From Alphaproteobacteria bacterium (lineage in GTDB: Bacteria > Pseudomonadota > Alphaproteobacteria > GCA-2746255): DNA of 64,000 nt. The notes beneath the pieces are model-generated. The model searched no databases and was not told the origin of the DNA. It was given only the letters and a program-made list of their open reading frames with translations. Position numbers and translations under genes: made by a program. This document shows positions 7,442-16,686 of this stretch, one piece after another (position 1 is the first letter of the stretch; each line of letters opens with the position of its first letter). The stretch spans positions 1,990,056 to 2,054,055 of the forward strand of contig OZ252220.1 in assembly GCA_965249135.1 (NCBI GenBank), in the 5' to 3' direction.

Positions 7442-9106
7442 CTAACCGGCCTTGTGCGCTCCGTCCTGCTTGCGCAGTTTCCGACGCATGATCTTGCCGG
7501 TTGCCGTCATCGGCAATTCGGAAACGAACTCAACTTCGCGCGGATATTCATGCGCCGCAAGACGCGACTTTACGAAAGCCTGAATCTCGCTCGCCAGCGC
7601 ATCATTTGGCGAGAACTCCGGCTTGAGAACGACGAATGCCTTGACGACCTCTGTGCGCACCGGATCCGGGATGCCGATGGCAGCGACCAGCGCGATGGCC
7701 GGATGCTTCATCACGCATTCCTCGATCTCACCGGGACCGATGCGATAGCCAGCGCTGGTGATAATGTCATCGTCGCGACTCTTGTACCAAAAGTAGCCCT
7801 CGTCATCCTTACTTGCCAGATCGCCGGTCAGACACCAATCGCCGATGAATTTCTTCTTGGTGGCTTCCGGGTTCCGCCAATATTCGAGAAACATCACTGG
7901 ATCCGGGCGTTGGATTGCAACCTGACCGACGGTCCCCGGTGCTACCGGATGACCCTCCTCGTCGACGATATCGACGTTATGCCCTGGGATCGGACGTCCC
8001 ATGGAACCAGGTCTCACGGGCAGAATGGTAGCGCAATTGCCCAGCACCAAATTGACCTCGGTCTGACCATAGAACTCATTAATGGTAAGGCCGAATACCT
8101 CGTCCCCCCAACGCAACAATGCCTCGCCCAGCGTTTCGCCGCCACTGCCAAGGCTTCGTAGGTTGACGGCATGACGTTCCTTCGGATTTTCGACCTGACG
8201 CATGAGCTTGAGAGCGGTCGGCGGCAGGAAGACGTTGCGTACATTGTGCTTTGCGATCAGATGAAACGCATGTTCAGGATCAAACTTGCGCGCCCGGTGG
8301 GCGAGAACCGGAATGCCATGATGCCAACTCGGCAACAGCACATCGATCAGTCCGCCGATCCATGCCCAATCCGCCGGTGTCCAGAACAGATCTCCCGGCT
8401 GCGGAAACAGGTTGTGAGGAAACTCGACCCCTGGCAGATGACCGAGCAGTACACGATGGGCATGTACGGCTCCTTTCGGCGGGCCGGTCGTGCCGGAGGT
8501 ATAGATGATCAGTGCCGGGTCATTGGCGGTCGTGGCGACAGGCTTGAAATCGGCCGACGCCTCATCGAGGAGGGCCCAGAAATTGGCAGTGTCTTCATCC
8601 TTTCCCTCAGTCACGATAATGGTGGAAAGGCTCGGCAGGCGGTCGCGAATGGTGAGTAGCTTTTCAAGATTTGAACCGTCCGTGACGACCACGCGGGCAT
8701 CGCTGTTGGCGAGCCGGTATTCGATGGCATCCGGTCCAAACAGCGTAAACAGCGGAACGGCAATACCCCCCGCTTTGTAGACGGCAAGGTGGGTAATCGC
8801 CGCTTCGGGGGATTGCGATAGCAAAATGCCAACGCGTTCGCCGCGCTCGAGACCCAAAGCCTGTAACACGTTCGCGAAACGATTGGAAAGTTTTCTCAGT
8901 TGACCAAAGGTGTAGGTGGTAACGTTGCCGGCCTCGTCTTCGTAGATTAAGGCCCGTTTATTGGCCGGGTGCTTGTCGCAGACATCGATGCCAAGGTTGT
9001 ATTGCTCGGGCACCTCCCAGCGAAATGCTTGGCGAATTTCCTCGTAGCTTTTGCCCGGTTTTAGCATGCTTCTTCCCAAAAAATTTATTGGTTTTTTTTC
9101 ATTCAT
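7442..9106 (-). CDS. AMP-dependent acyl-CoA synthetase/ligase
   Basis: AMP-binding motif IYTSGTTGPPKGAVHAH; adenylate-forming C-terminal domain. Confidence 0.85.
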   Translation of the reverse strand: MNEKKPINFLGRSMLKPGKSYEEIRQAFRWEVPEQYNLGIDVCDKHPANKRALIYEDEAGNVTTYTFGQLRKLSNRFANVLQALGLERGERVGILLSQSPEAAITHLAVYKAGGIAVPLFTLFGPDAIEYRLANSDARVVVTDGSNLEKLLTIRDRLPSLSTIIVTEGKDEDTANFWALLDEASADFKPVATTANDPALIIYTSGTTGPPKGAVHAHRVLLGHLPGVEFPHNLFPQPGDLFWTPADWAWIGGLIDVLLPSWHHGIPVLAHRARKFDPEHAFHLIAKHNVRNVFLPPTALKLMRQVENPKERHAVNLRSLGSGGETLGEALLRWGDEVFGLTINEFYGQTEVNLVLGNCATILPVRPGSMGRPIPGHNVDIVDEEGHPVAPGTVGQVAIQRPDPVMFLEYWRNPEATKKKFIGDWCLTGDLASKDDEGYFWYKSRDDDIITSAGYRIGPGEIEECVMKHPAIALVAAIGIPDPVRTEVVKAFVVLKPEFSPNDALASEIQAFVKSRLAAHEYPREVEFVSELPMTATGKIMRRKLRKQDGAHKAG

Positions 9107-9224
9107 CTACCCACTTAAACTTGTTGTGGATTATGACCAGCGTCTTTGGTCGCACCTAGCATTTTTCAGAACTCCTTGTATGCTAAGGGGTTCTTACTAA
9201 ATAAGGGGGCAGGAGTCAGAACGG

Positions 9225-10496
9225 ATGATGGTGAAGACAAGGATCATTTGGATATGGGCCATGTTGGCCGCTGGCCTGATCTTTGGGATTCCGGCTTATG
9301 CCGAAGAAGTGCCCGAAGGGACAGTCATCAGCGCCAAGAATCTTGGCTCCCTTCTCGATAAGACCTTCGAGGGGGAAACCATTCAGAATCTTATCTCTGA
9401 GCAGTTTCAGTGGCAGATTCGCGAGAAGGGTCTGACGATGAAACTTAAGCATTCGAAGCCTCATCCAAAGGATCCGCAATGGGTGGCGGCGACGAATCGC
9501 AATCTGGAAGCGGTAACGCTGGATGGCGCAACGAATCAGGTGAATGGCTGGCTGGCTGGTGCGCCTTTTCCGGCGATCGACTTGCAAGACCCGAAGGCGG
9601 GCATCAAGGTCATGTGGAACATGTTCCTGGGCAAGCAGCAGGGCGATAGTCAGGAATACCCGAACACGGTCATTGCACTTCTCAACGACAAATCAGGGCT
9701 CGAACGGGTCCAGAAACAATTTGTCAAGCGGGTTTTCGTGAGAGGGGCTTTGCGCCGGGGCGGGCAAGTCTCCGAAGAGAAGAGAATCTTGGAAAAAACG
9801 CTTTCCGTCCTGACCGCACCCCTGGACTTGAAGGGAAATGGGCTGGTCCTGATCCGCTACGTAAATGGGGATCCGGATTGGCTATTGGCCTACGCGGTAG
9901 CGGCGCGCAAAGTACGGCGTTTTTCAGGGGCCTTCTGGATGGATAAGTTGGGTGCCACGGACTTCCTTACCGACGATTTGATGGTCTTGAGCGCACATCC
10001 GACCTGGTATCCAGAATTCAAGATAATCGCGAAAAAGAAGATCCTTGTAGTTGCCCATTCGAAGGACCCTTTCTGGCAGCCAAAGGCTGCCACGCCCCAA
10101 GAACGATTTCCTCTCTTCGATTTAGGAACGCCACCCTATTGGAATCCGGTCGATGAGTGGGAACCCCGTGAGGTCTACGTCGTCGAGGGAAAAACGCCCG
10201 AACAGCACCCCTATAGCCGCAAGGTGGTCTATGTCGATGCCGAGTTCTGGACCCCTTATTTGGGCGAGTATTACACGCCGAAGGGGCAGCTCTGGAAAAC
10301 GACGATCCAGGGCTACAGCGTCTTCCCGACCCAGGATGATCCAGACGGAAAGGTCTTGTGGCCGACATGGTCGGCGGTTTTTGATTTTCAGATCGGCCAC
10401 GCCACTATTCTGATGACGGATGAAAACATCCGATTCAATACCGATATTTCGCCAACGGAAATCAATCTGAAGGCCGTCAAAAGAGCAAAGTGGTGA
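9225..10496 (+). CDS. secreted DUF1329-like (LolA-like fold) protein
   Basis: AGGAG RBS and signal peptide; resemblance to the DUF1329 family recalled from memory. Confidence 0.5.
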   Translation: MMVKTRIIWIWAMLAAGLIFGIPAYAEEVPEGTVISAKNLGSLLDKTFEGETIQNLISEQFQWQIREKGLTMKLKHSKPHPKDPQWVAATNRNLEAVTLDGATNQVNGWLAGAPFPAIDLQDPKAGIKVMWNMFLGKQQGDSQEYPNTVIALLNDKSGLERVQKQFVKRVFVRGALRRGGQVSEEKRILEKTLSVLTAPLDLKGNGLVLIRYVNGDPDWLLAYAVAARKVRRFSGAFWMDKLGATDFLTDDLMVLSAHPTWYPEFKIIAKKKILVVAHSKDPFWQPKAATPQERFPLFDLGTPPYWNPVDEWEPREVYVVEGKTPEQHPYSRKVVYVDAEFWTPYLGEYYTPKGQLWKTTIQGYSVFPTQDDPDGKVLWPTWSAVFDFQIGHATILMTDENIRFNTDISPTEINLKAVKRAKW

Positions 10497-10522
10497 GGGG
10501 TAGCTTTTTGTGAAGCATCGCA

Positions 10523-10559
10523 AAACCGGGCAGAGCCGATAGGCTCCGCCCGGTTTTTA
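10523..10559 (+). terminator. rho-independent terminator (12-bp GC stem, T5)
   Basis: aaaccgggcagagcc...ggctccgcccggttttt immediately after the DUF1329 gene. Confidence 0.6.
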
Positions 10560-10602
10560 TATGTGCCGTCTCATAGGATGCCTTCCACATAAGAGGAAGC
10601 TC

Positions 10603-10635
10603 AAAAAAAAGAGGAGCGCGAAAGCGCCCCTCTTG
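10603..10635 (-). terminator. rho-independent terminator (10-bp stem with one G.U pair, U8 tail on the minus transcript)
   Basis: agaggggcgc-tttc-gcgctcctct-tttttttt on the minus strand, downstream of the P460-like paralog. Confidence 0.6.
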
Positions 10636-10660
10636 CATAAATCCGGAACGAATTTAGGTT

Positions 10661-11863
10661 CTAGCTCGCATCGGTCTCGAAATAAAGCGTCTTCTTGTAC
10701 TCATCCGGAAGGGCGAACAAATAATTGGATTTTGCGCCTCTTTCCTTTGTGATATCTGCAGCACTACCTTTGGCGTCGATCCTGGTGATCTTCCAGTCGC
10801 CGGTTGCAGCGCTGAAGCCTTTTTCCATCTTTTCAAGAATGACGAGCTCGCCGGCCCTCCACCTGGCGGTGAAGCCGGTGCGATTGCCATCACCGTGGAA
10901 GCTCTCCAGCACGAGAATCGTGTCGGCCGGCATCCGGTTGAAATTGCCCCACTTGTCCACCTTGTCGTTTGCATAAAGGTTGACGTAATGGTCGCCGGTG
11001 TATTTTCCGATTTGGAAGGGAACGAAGTTATAGCGCTTCCATTCCGTGTATTCGGAAACGATCTCGTTCTGGGATTTTTCCCACTCTTCCACCATCTTCC
11101 ATCCAACCGCCATATAGAGGGCCTGCGCTTCCTTCTTCGAGAGCTTGTTGCGGGCGACCAATTCAGCTTGCTCTTCAGCCGACCTCAAGTCTTCACGACC
11201 GATCACTTCGCCGCGCACGACTGGAGATTCAATGGCGTTGACGACCAAGGCGTCTCCCTCGGTGTGAACGATGATCTCCCAGAACATGCCGGTTGCGAAA
11301 AGCGACGTCACGGCAAGAACGAACTGATCGTAGTCAAACGGCTCACCCGGACGTGTACGCTTGGCGTGGTCTTCGCCCAAGATATAGCGTTCGGCAAAAC
11401 CTGCTTCGAGATCCTTCTCGCCCTCGACGCGAAGCTCTTTAACGACCTTGCCGTTCTTCATAGGCCAAGTCTTGCCGGCACCGGGCGCGTAGAACGTGCC
11501 AGGGAGGTCAATCGTATCCGGGTAAAACCGGTAATAGTCCTTCGGCAAATCTTGCGTGAAGTTTTGGGGGGCGGCATCTGTTCGATCGTGATGCGTGAAC
11601 GTGTTTTCTTTCACGTTGTAGATATGCCCGCCCCGAATGAAGGTGTCTGGTGCGTCCGGCGATTCGGCCCTGGCAGACGTGCCCATGACCAGAGCGGCTG
11701 TCGTTACGACGACAGCCCCAAAGGCTATTGGAAGTATCGCTCCGGACGACAGAAGGGATTTCACGAAACTGGAACTCATGGCTTCCTCGCTGTCTTTGTT
11801 CTGTTTAGAAATTCTTTGTTTTTTATCGTTGGCGCCAAGCTGGCGCGTTGAATTATTTAACAT
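10661..11863 (-). CDS. P460-fold paralog lacking the CXXCH heme motif, with a ~200-aa N-terminal extension and signal peptide
   Basis: C-terminal 180 aa align with the 3371..4305 protein (WKRYNFVPF vs WKRFNTVPY; ILEKMEKGFSAATGDWKITRI vs [22 protein letters not shown]; LFALPDEYKK vs [10 protein letters not shown]), but SNY replaces CITCH. Confidence 0.65.
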   Translation of the reverse strand: MLNNSTRQLGANDKKQRISKQNKDSEEAMSSSFVKSLLSSGAILPIAFGAVVVTTAALVMGTSARAESPDAPDTFIRGGHIYNVKENTFTHHDRTDAAPQNFTQDLPKDYYRFYPDTIDLPGTFYAPGAGKTWPMKNGKVVKELRVEGEKDLEAGFAERYILGEDHAKRTRPGEPFDYDQFVLAVTSLFATGMFWEIIVHTEGDALVVNAIESPVVRGEVIGREDLRSAEEQAELVARNKLSKKEAQALYMAVGWKMVEEWEKSQNEIVSEYTEWKRYNFVPFQIGKYTGDHYVNLYANDKVDKWGNFNRMPADTILVLESFHGDGNRTGFTARWRAGELVILEKMEKGFSAATGDWKITRIDAKGSAADITKERGAKSNYLFALPDEYKKTLYFETDAS

Positions 11864-12039
11864 ATTTTCAACGGGTCAGGAAATCTAGTCAATATCGCTT
11901 GATTGGTGGCCTGACTTTGCGGGCGCGGGAGACCAGGGCTTGGCCTTATTTCTTAAGCTGTTGATCTGACTTAAGAACTGGGATTAACCTTAGCGACGAT
12001 ACCGAATTTTAAAAGCCGGCCCAGAGGCGCCAGGGTGCA

Positions 12040-12747
12040 ATGACCGACCAAAACCCGATTTCTCGCCCTAAACTCGAGGCCATGCTGACGGCCGGCCACG
12101 AGATCCTGGAATGCTACCGGCTGCTCACCAAGACAGGCGACAACGTCGTCGGCGAGCTGATTCGCGGTCACGAGACCTTCTATGAGTGGAATCACTATCC
12201 CGAGGGGGATGCCTACGATCCGGAGACCCATTCCCAGTACTACTACCACGCCCATCGGGAGGATCGGGAGGAACACGGCCATTTCCACACCTTCCTGCGG
12301 CCAAAGGGCATGCCTTCGGATATCCTGCCGGCTCTTTTGGCGGATTTCGAGCCGCCTGAAGGCGACAACGCCGCCCTCAGCCATCTCATCGCCATCTCGA
12401 TGGATGCCCATGGGTACCCGACCGGACTGTTCACCACGAACCGCTGGGTGACCGGCGAGGTCTGGTATGCCGCAAAGGATGTCTGCCGGATGGTTGAAAT
12501 TTTCGAGATGGATCAGGCGCGTCCATCCTGGCCAGTCAATCGCTGGGTTACGGCAATGCTGCGGCTTTTTCAGCCGGAAATTTTTGATCTCCTTTCACGT
12601 CGCGACGCGGCGGTAAAAGCCTGGGAGGAGAAGCATCCGGATCGCAATGTTTACGAAGACCGGGAATTCGAGGTCGCTTCCGAAATCGACATTTCCGTGG
12701 AGGGTAAACTTCGCCAACTCGAAGCGATGCTCCAGGAAAGCGCCTGA
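12040..12747 (+). CDS. His-rich hypothetical protein (DUF-type, conserved in alphaproteobacteria)
   Basis: Complete ORF. His cluster HYPEGDAYDPETHSQYYYHAHREDREEHGHFHTF. Confidence 0.5.
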   Translation: MTDQNPISRPKLEAMLTAGHEILECYRLLTKTGDNVVGELIRGHETFYEWNHYPEGDAYDPETHSQYYYHAHREDREEHGHFHTFLRPKGMPSDILPALLADFEPPEGDNAALSHLIAISMDAHGYPTGLFTTNRWVTGEVWYAAKDVCRMVEIFEMDQARPSWPVNRWVTAMLRLFQPEIFDLLSRRDAAVKAWEEKHPDRNVYEDREFEVASEIDISVEGKLRQLEAMLQESA

Positions 12748-12833
12748 TATCGGCGCGATTCATCGGTCGAAATGGAAAAGGCGCCGCTACCCGTTAAGGT
12801 GACAGCGCCTTAAAAGCATGCGGTTCGGAAGGC

Positions 12834-13211
12834 TTACTTTGCCGCTTCCTTCAAATACGCGATTAGATTCTGGCGTTGGGCTTCCTTCTTCAGTCCCGGG
12901 AAGGCCATTTTGTTGCCTTTAATGTAGGTCTTCGGGCTTGCAAGATAGGCGTCGATCGTTTCTTCGTTCCAGGTGACGCCCGCCGCCTGCATCGCCTTCG
13001 AGTAGTTGAAACCTTCCGCCGTTCCCGATTTCCGACCGAAGATGCCGGCAAGGGAGGGACCTACTTTGTGTTTGCCAGCCTCCAATGTGTGACAGGCTTT
13101 GCACTTTTTAAAAACCTTTGCGCCTTTTTTCGCGTCACCCGCCAACGCGGATACACTCGACAGTGCGAGCACTAAGGCAACCGAAACGGCCAGAATCTTC
13201 GATGATTTCAT
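12834..13211 (-). CDS. class I c-type cytochrome (cytochrome c2/c550-like) with signal peptide
   Basis: CKACH heme motif; mitochondrial cytochrome c-like GRKSG...Y...M signature. Confidence 0.85.
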   Translation of the reverse strand: MKSSKILAVSVALVLALSSVSALAGDAKKGAKVFKKCKACHTLEAGKHKVGPSLAGIFGRKSGTAEGFNYSKAMQAAGVTWNEETIDAYLASPKTYIKGNKMAFPGLKKEAQRQNLIAYLKEAAK

Positions 13212-13365
13212 CTATTCTCTCCTGAACCTTTCACAGGCTTGGGGAATTCGTTCAAAATGCGTCCGCAGTATCCGAAAGATATAGGCGCCTTGCAACCGGT
13301 TAGCTGGAAATCGGCCGAATCATTGTTCCCATACGGGACGCACCCTCAGACGTAATGCCCGCGTC

Positions 13366-14475
13366 TTAAAAAGGCGTAAATCCAGACTGACCCCCCATAC
13401 GACGGTAACGGAAAGGGGGCGGCGCCTCGCCAGGCTCGCTTTCCACCAAGCGTCTTACCAAGTCGTGGTCTGGGGAAAGTTCACAGACCGGGTCCGTGTT
13501 TGCCGCGTTTCCGGTCAACATCAGCGCCTGGCAACGACAGCCCCCCCAATCGACTTCTCGCCGGTCGCAGGACCGGCAGGGCTCTGGCATCCAGTCGGTA
13601 CCTCGGAAACGATGGAAGGCGTCCGATTCCAACCAGATATCGGTCAAACTCCGCTCCCGGACATTGTCGAAGTGAAGGTCGGGGATGGTCTCGGCGGCAT
13701 GGCACGGAAGCACCTTGCCGGATGGGCTTACATTCAGGAATTGGTTGCCCCATCCGCCCATGCAGGCCTTTGGCCGCCTCGCATAGTAATCCGGCGGCAC
13801 GTAATCGATGAGTAGAACCCCCTTCAGCCGCTCTTCCGCCTCCACGACGACGGCATTTGCCGCTTCAATCTGCTCACGGCTGGGAAGCAGTGCACGTCGG
13901 TTTTCGATGGCCCATCCGTAATATTGGGCATGGGCGATCTCCAGCCGTCCGGCGCCGAGATCGACGGCAAGATCAATCATTGCGTCCAGCCGCTCCAGAT
14001 TCTGGCGGTGAAAGACGCAATTGATCGTGAGCGCAAGGCCGGCATCGCGAATAAGCCGTGCCACCGTAAGTTTCTTTTTGTGTGCACCTTGTATGCCGGC
14101 GATCCGGTCTGCTGGCTCAGCAGAGACGTCCTGAAGACTGAGTTGAACATGCTCGAGGCCAGCTTTCCTAAGTGCGGCAATCTTCGATTCATCAAGGGGG
14201 ATGCCAGAAGTGATCAGGTTCGTATAAAGCCCAAGGCCTGTGGCATGGCGAACGAGGGTGGAGAGGTCCTTGCGAGCGGCGGGTTCGCCGCCGGAGAAGT
14301 GGATTTGATAGGCGCCAAGGGCAGCTGCTTCCTCCACTACCCGGCACCATTCCTCCGTTCCTAGTTCGTCGCCTACGCCCTCCAGTGCCAGCGGGTTCGA
14401 GCAATATGGGCATTGCAGCGGGCAGCGGTGGGTGAGCTCGGCTAGCACGGCAAGAGGGGGTGCCGGCGTGTTCAT
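13366..14475 (-). CDS. pqqE: PQQ biosynthesis radical-SAM enzyme PqqE (start at MNTPAPP; the listed ORF extends spuriously to 14673)
   Basis: CPLQCPYC radical-SAM motif; SPASM C-terminal cysteines; ATGA overlap with the pqqD stop. Confidence 0.9.
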   Translation of the reverse strand: MNTPAPPLAVLAELTHRCPLQCPYCSNPLALEGVGDELGTEEWCRVVEEAAALGAYQIHFSGGEPAARKDLSTLVRHATGLGLYTNLITSGIPLDESKIAALRKAGLEHVQLSLQDVSAEPADRIAGIQGAHKKKLTVARLIRDAGLALTINCVFHRQNLERLDAMIDLAVDLGAGRLEIAHAQYYGWAIENRRALLPSREQIEAANAVVVEAEERLKGVLLIDYVPPDYYARRPKACMGGWGNQFLNVSPSGKVLPCHAAETIPDLHFDNVRERSLTDIWLESDAFHRFRGTDWMPEPCRSCDRREVDWGGCRCQALMLTGNAANTDPVCELSPDHDLVRRLVESEPGEAPPPFRYRRMGGQSGFTPF

Positions 14476-14759
14476 ACCGCAAGGATCCCCTGATCCGCGA
14501 GGTCCTGAAGAAGCTCCAATACGTCCTCCCCAACCCTTTCGCTGGAGGTCTCGTAGCGCTCGGCAAGGGTTGTAACCATAGCAGCAACGGATGAATTCCC
14601 ATCGCAGAGCTTCAGTACCTCGACCGCGATTTCGTCTGGCACGAGAAGGCGTTCCGGGGCCAGCACGATCCACCGCCCGCGCTTTTCATCGAAACGAAAC
14701 CGAACATGCGGCGCAAGTCGTGGCATGGTCTCGGTGTCAAGCACACGTCGTTTATTCAT
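14472..14759 (-). CDS. pqqD: PqqA-binding chaperone PqqD
   Basis: 95 aa, characteristic PqqD sequence; operon position. Confidence 0.85.
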   Translation of the reverse strand: MNKRRVLDTETMPRLAPHVRFRFDEKRGRWIVLAPERLLVPDEIAVEVLKLCDGNSSVAAMVTTLAERYETSSERVGEDVLELLQDLADQGILAV

Positions 14760-15496
14760 GCACCGCTCTCCGGTTGGAAGGCGCCAGGTGGAACCCGTCC
14801 GGGATCAACATAGGCATAGGTAAGCGCATCCAGCTGTGTCCACAAAACGTCACATTTGAAGTGGAGGGCCTGAAGGACGCGTTGCTGGGCTTCTGCCGTT
14901 CGTGCTTCCCTCTTCACATAGTCGAGGGCAAAATCGGCGTCCCGCGTTGCCTGGTCGAGGCGCTTGCGAAAATAGGAAAGCGTCGTCTCATCGATGAAAT
15001 CGTAGTGTTCCAGCATGCCGGCGATCCGCTCGCGATGGATTTTCGGCGCGAAGAGTTCCGTCAATGAAGAGGCGATTCCCTCAAGAAGGGATCGCTCGGC
15101 GACGAAGTGAACATAGGCTTTCACGGCAAACCGCGTGGCTGGCAGGACCCCTTGCATGGAGACGACGTCGTCCCGGGGAAGTCCCAGGCCATCCGTCAGT
15201 TTCAGCCAACGGGCGATACCCCCCTCGCGTTCCGGCGTCCCGTCGTGATCCTCGATGCGAACACGCCAGGCGCGTCGGAGTGCCGGGTCCGTCATACGCG
15301 AAAGCAGCACGGCATCCTTGATCGGAATGTGCGCTTGATAGCAATAGCGGTTAAGTGCCCAAGCCTGCACCTGTCCTTTCCGAAGCTTCCCTCCGTGAAG
15401 AAGTGCATGGAAAGGATGCTTGTCATGATAGCGCTCGGCTCCGATCGCATGCAGCGCCGCTTCAAGTTCATCCGGTGTCAATGGCACGCCACTCAC
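14756..15496 (-). CDS. pqqC: pyrroloquinoline-quinone synthase PqqC
   Basis: PqqC/TenA-like sequence; operon position. Confidence 0.9.
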   Translation of the reverse strand: MSGVPLTPDELEAALHAIGAERYHDKHPFHALLHGGKLRKGQVQAWALNRYCYQAHIPIKDAVLLSRMTDPALRRAWRVRIEDHDGTPEREGGIARWLKLTDGLGLPRDDVVSMQGVLPATRFAVKAYVHFVAERSLLEGIASSLTELFAPKIHRERIAGMLEHYDFIDETTLSYFRKRLDQATRDADFALDYVKREARTAEAQQRVLQALHFKCDVLWTQLDALTYAYVDPGRVPPGAFQPESGA

Positions 15497-16425
15497 AACT
15501 GAATCTCCATGCCGTCATAGGCCACTTCCCAGCCCTTCTCGGTAACCGACTCGCGTTCCGGCGAATCATCCATGAGAACAGGGTTCGTATTGTTGAGATG
15601 AACGAAGATTTTCCGTTTCACCTCTAACGTCCGAAAGGCGGCAAGGCTACCTTCTTCACCGGAGATACTCATGTGTCCCATACGCTTTCCCGTCTTTACG
15701 CCAGTGCCGGCCGTGACCATTTCATCGTCCTGCCATAGCGTTCCGTCGAAAAACACAAGGGGCGTCTTACGAAGGCGCTTCGCCAACCCATCGGGGAAGG
15801 CCGCGCAGCCCGGTATGTAATAGAAATAACCATCCCCCGTCTCGGATGCCACCCGAAGCGCGATGGTGTCTTCCGCAACGCTGCCGAAATCTGGTCCCGC
15901 CGTCGGATCCTCCAGATAAAGCGCCACTTTCCCCGGGACGGTGAATGCCTCGACGACGAGGCCGGAGGGAGCGCGATCGGCGTTTTCGAGTCGCGTTGGT
16001 GTGTCGAGGGTAAATTTTCTCCGGCTCACTACCTCAGGGTTTAGCGCTTGAAAAATTTGATTTGCATCGAAAGTCCCGTGCACCCTTGCCGTCGCGTAAA
16101 GGCTTAACGGTTGCCCCTCACGAAGGGTAAGAAGCCCTGCGATGTGATCGACATCGGCATTCGTCACCACGACACCGCCAATCGGACTGTGCCTTGCCCC
16201 ATCCGCTGGATGAAGGGCCGGATTGTCGTTCAGTTGCTGGCGAAGATCGGGGGAGGCGTTGAGAAGAAACCAGGGCCCTTCATCCGCGCGCACGGCAAGG
16301 GAGGACTGGGTTCTGGGGTGGACTTTCGGATCCCCCGAACGGGCGCGCTGGCAGACGGGGCAGTTACAGTTCCACTGAGGGAGCCCCCCACCGGCAGCCG
16401 ATCCCAGAACGAGAATCTGCAACAA
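15493..16425 (-). CDS. pqqB: PQQ biosynthesis protein PqqB (metallo-beta-lactamase fold)
   Basis: Conserved N-terminus LVLGSAAGGGLPQWNCNCPVC. Confidence 0.9.
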   Translation of the reverse strand: MLQILVLGSAAGGGLPQWNCNCPVCQRARSGDPKVHPRTQSSLAVRADEGPWFLLNASPDLRQQLNDNPALHPADGARHSPIGGVVVTNADVDHIAGLLTLREGQPLSLYATARVHGTFDANQIFQALNPEVVSRRKFTLDTPTRLENADRAPSGLVVEAFTVPGKVALYLEDPTAGPDFGSVAEDTIALRVASETGDGYFYYIPGCAAFPDGLAKRLRKTPLVFFDGTLWQDDEMVTAGTGVKTGKRMGHMSISGEEGSLAAFRTLEVKRKIFVHLNNTNPVLMDDSPERESVTEKGWEVAYDGMEIQL

Positions 16426-16484
16426 CCGGCGCCTCCCGTTGCGATGTTTTCTTCGAGGGCTGTGTGAAACTTAAAAGTTTGAAA

Positions 16485-16568
16485 TCAGCCTTCCGCACAG
16501 GCGTAGGCGTTGATCTCAAGGCCGATGCGGATCACTTCGATCCGGGGTTTCTTCCACTGCTTTCGCAT
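16485..16568 (-). CDS. pqqA: PQQ precursor peptide PqqA (27 aa: MRKQWKKPRIEVIRIGLEINAYACAEG)
   Basis: Conserved W-K-K-P and the E-x-x-x-Y precursor motif (EINAY). Lies 59 bp upstream of pqqB. It is the C-terminal 27 codons of the listed 95-aa ORF 16485..16772. Confidence 0.8.
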   Translation of the reverse strand: MRKQWKKPRIEVIRIGLEINAYACAEG

Positions 16569-16686
16569 ATCTGCTTCCCTGGGCCTTGTCTTCTTTTCGT
16601 CTAAGGCCTTTCCATGCAAAGTATGGCCTTTCCGTCTGCAGAGAGGCAAGGGCTTTATCTGGAGGATGGGGAGGTAAGGTACCGCA
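16569..16686. promoter_or_regulatory. pqqA / ABC-transporter divergent promoter region with direct repeat ggcctttcc x2 (16-bp spacing)
   Basis: Read directly: aaggcctttccatgcaaagtatggcctttccgtc. Confidence 0.3.

Noticed and set aside
7313-8161. 282-aa plus-strand ORF
   Set aside because: It is fully antisense to the acyl-CoA synthetase gene (7442-9106), which has clear family motifs.
10895-11851. 318-aa plus-strand ORF
   Set aside because: It is antisense to the P460-like paralog, which has a signal peptide, paralogy support and flanking terminators in the minus orientation.
220-11870. Shared 11-bp motif atttaacatat at ~222-232 and ~11848-11858
   Set aside because: In 64 kb, two-copy 11-mers are expected by chance hundreds of times; there is no dyad symmetry or consistent promoter position.
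12779-12812. Possible bidirectional terminator between the His-rich gene and cytochrome c
   Set aside because: The stem is only 7 bp with a 19-nt loop and the T tract is short; too weak to call.
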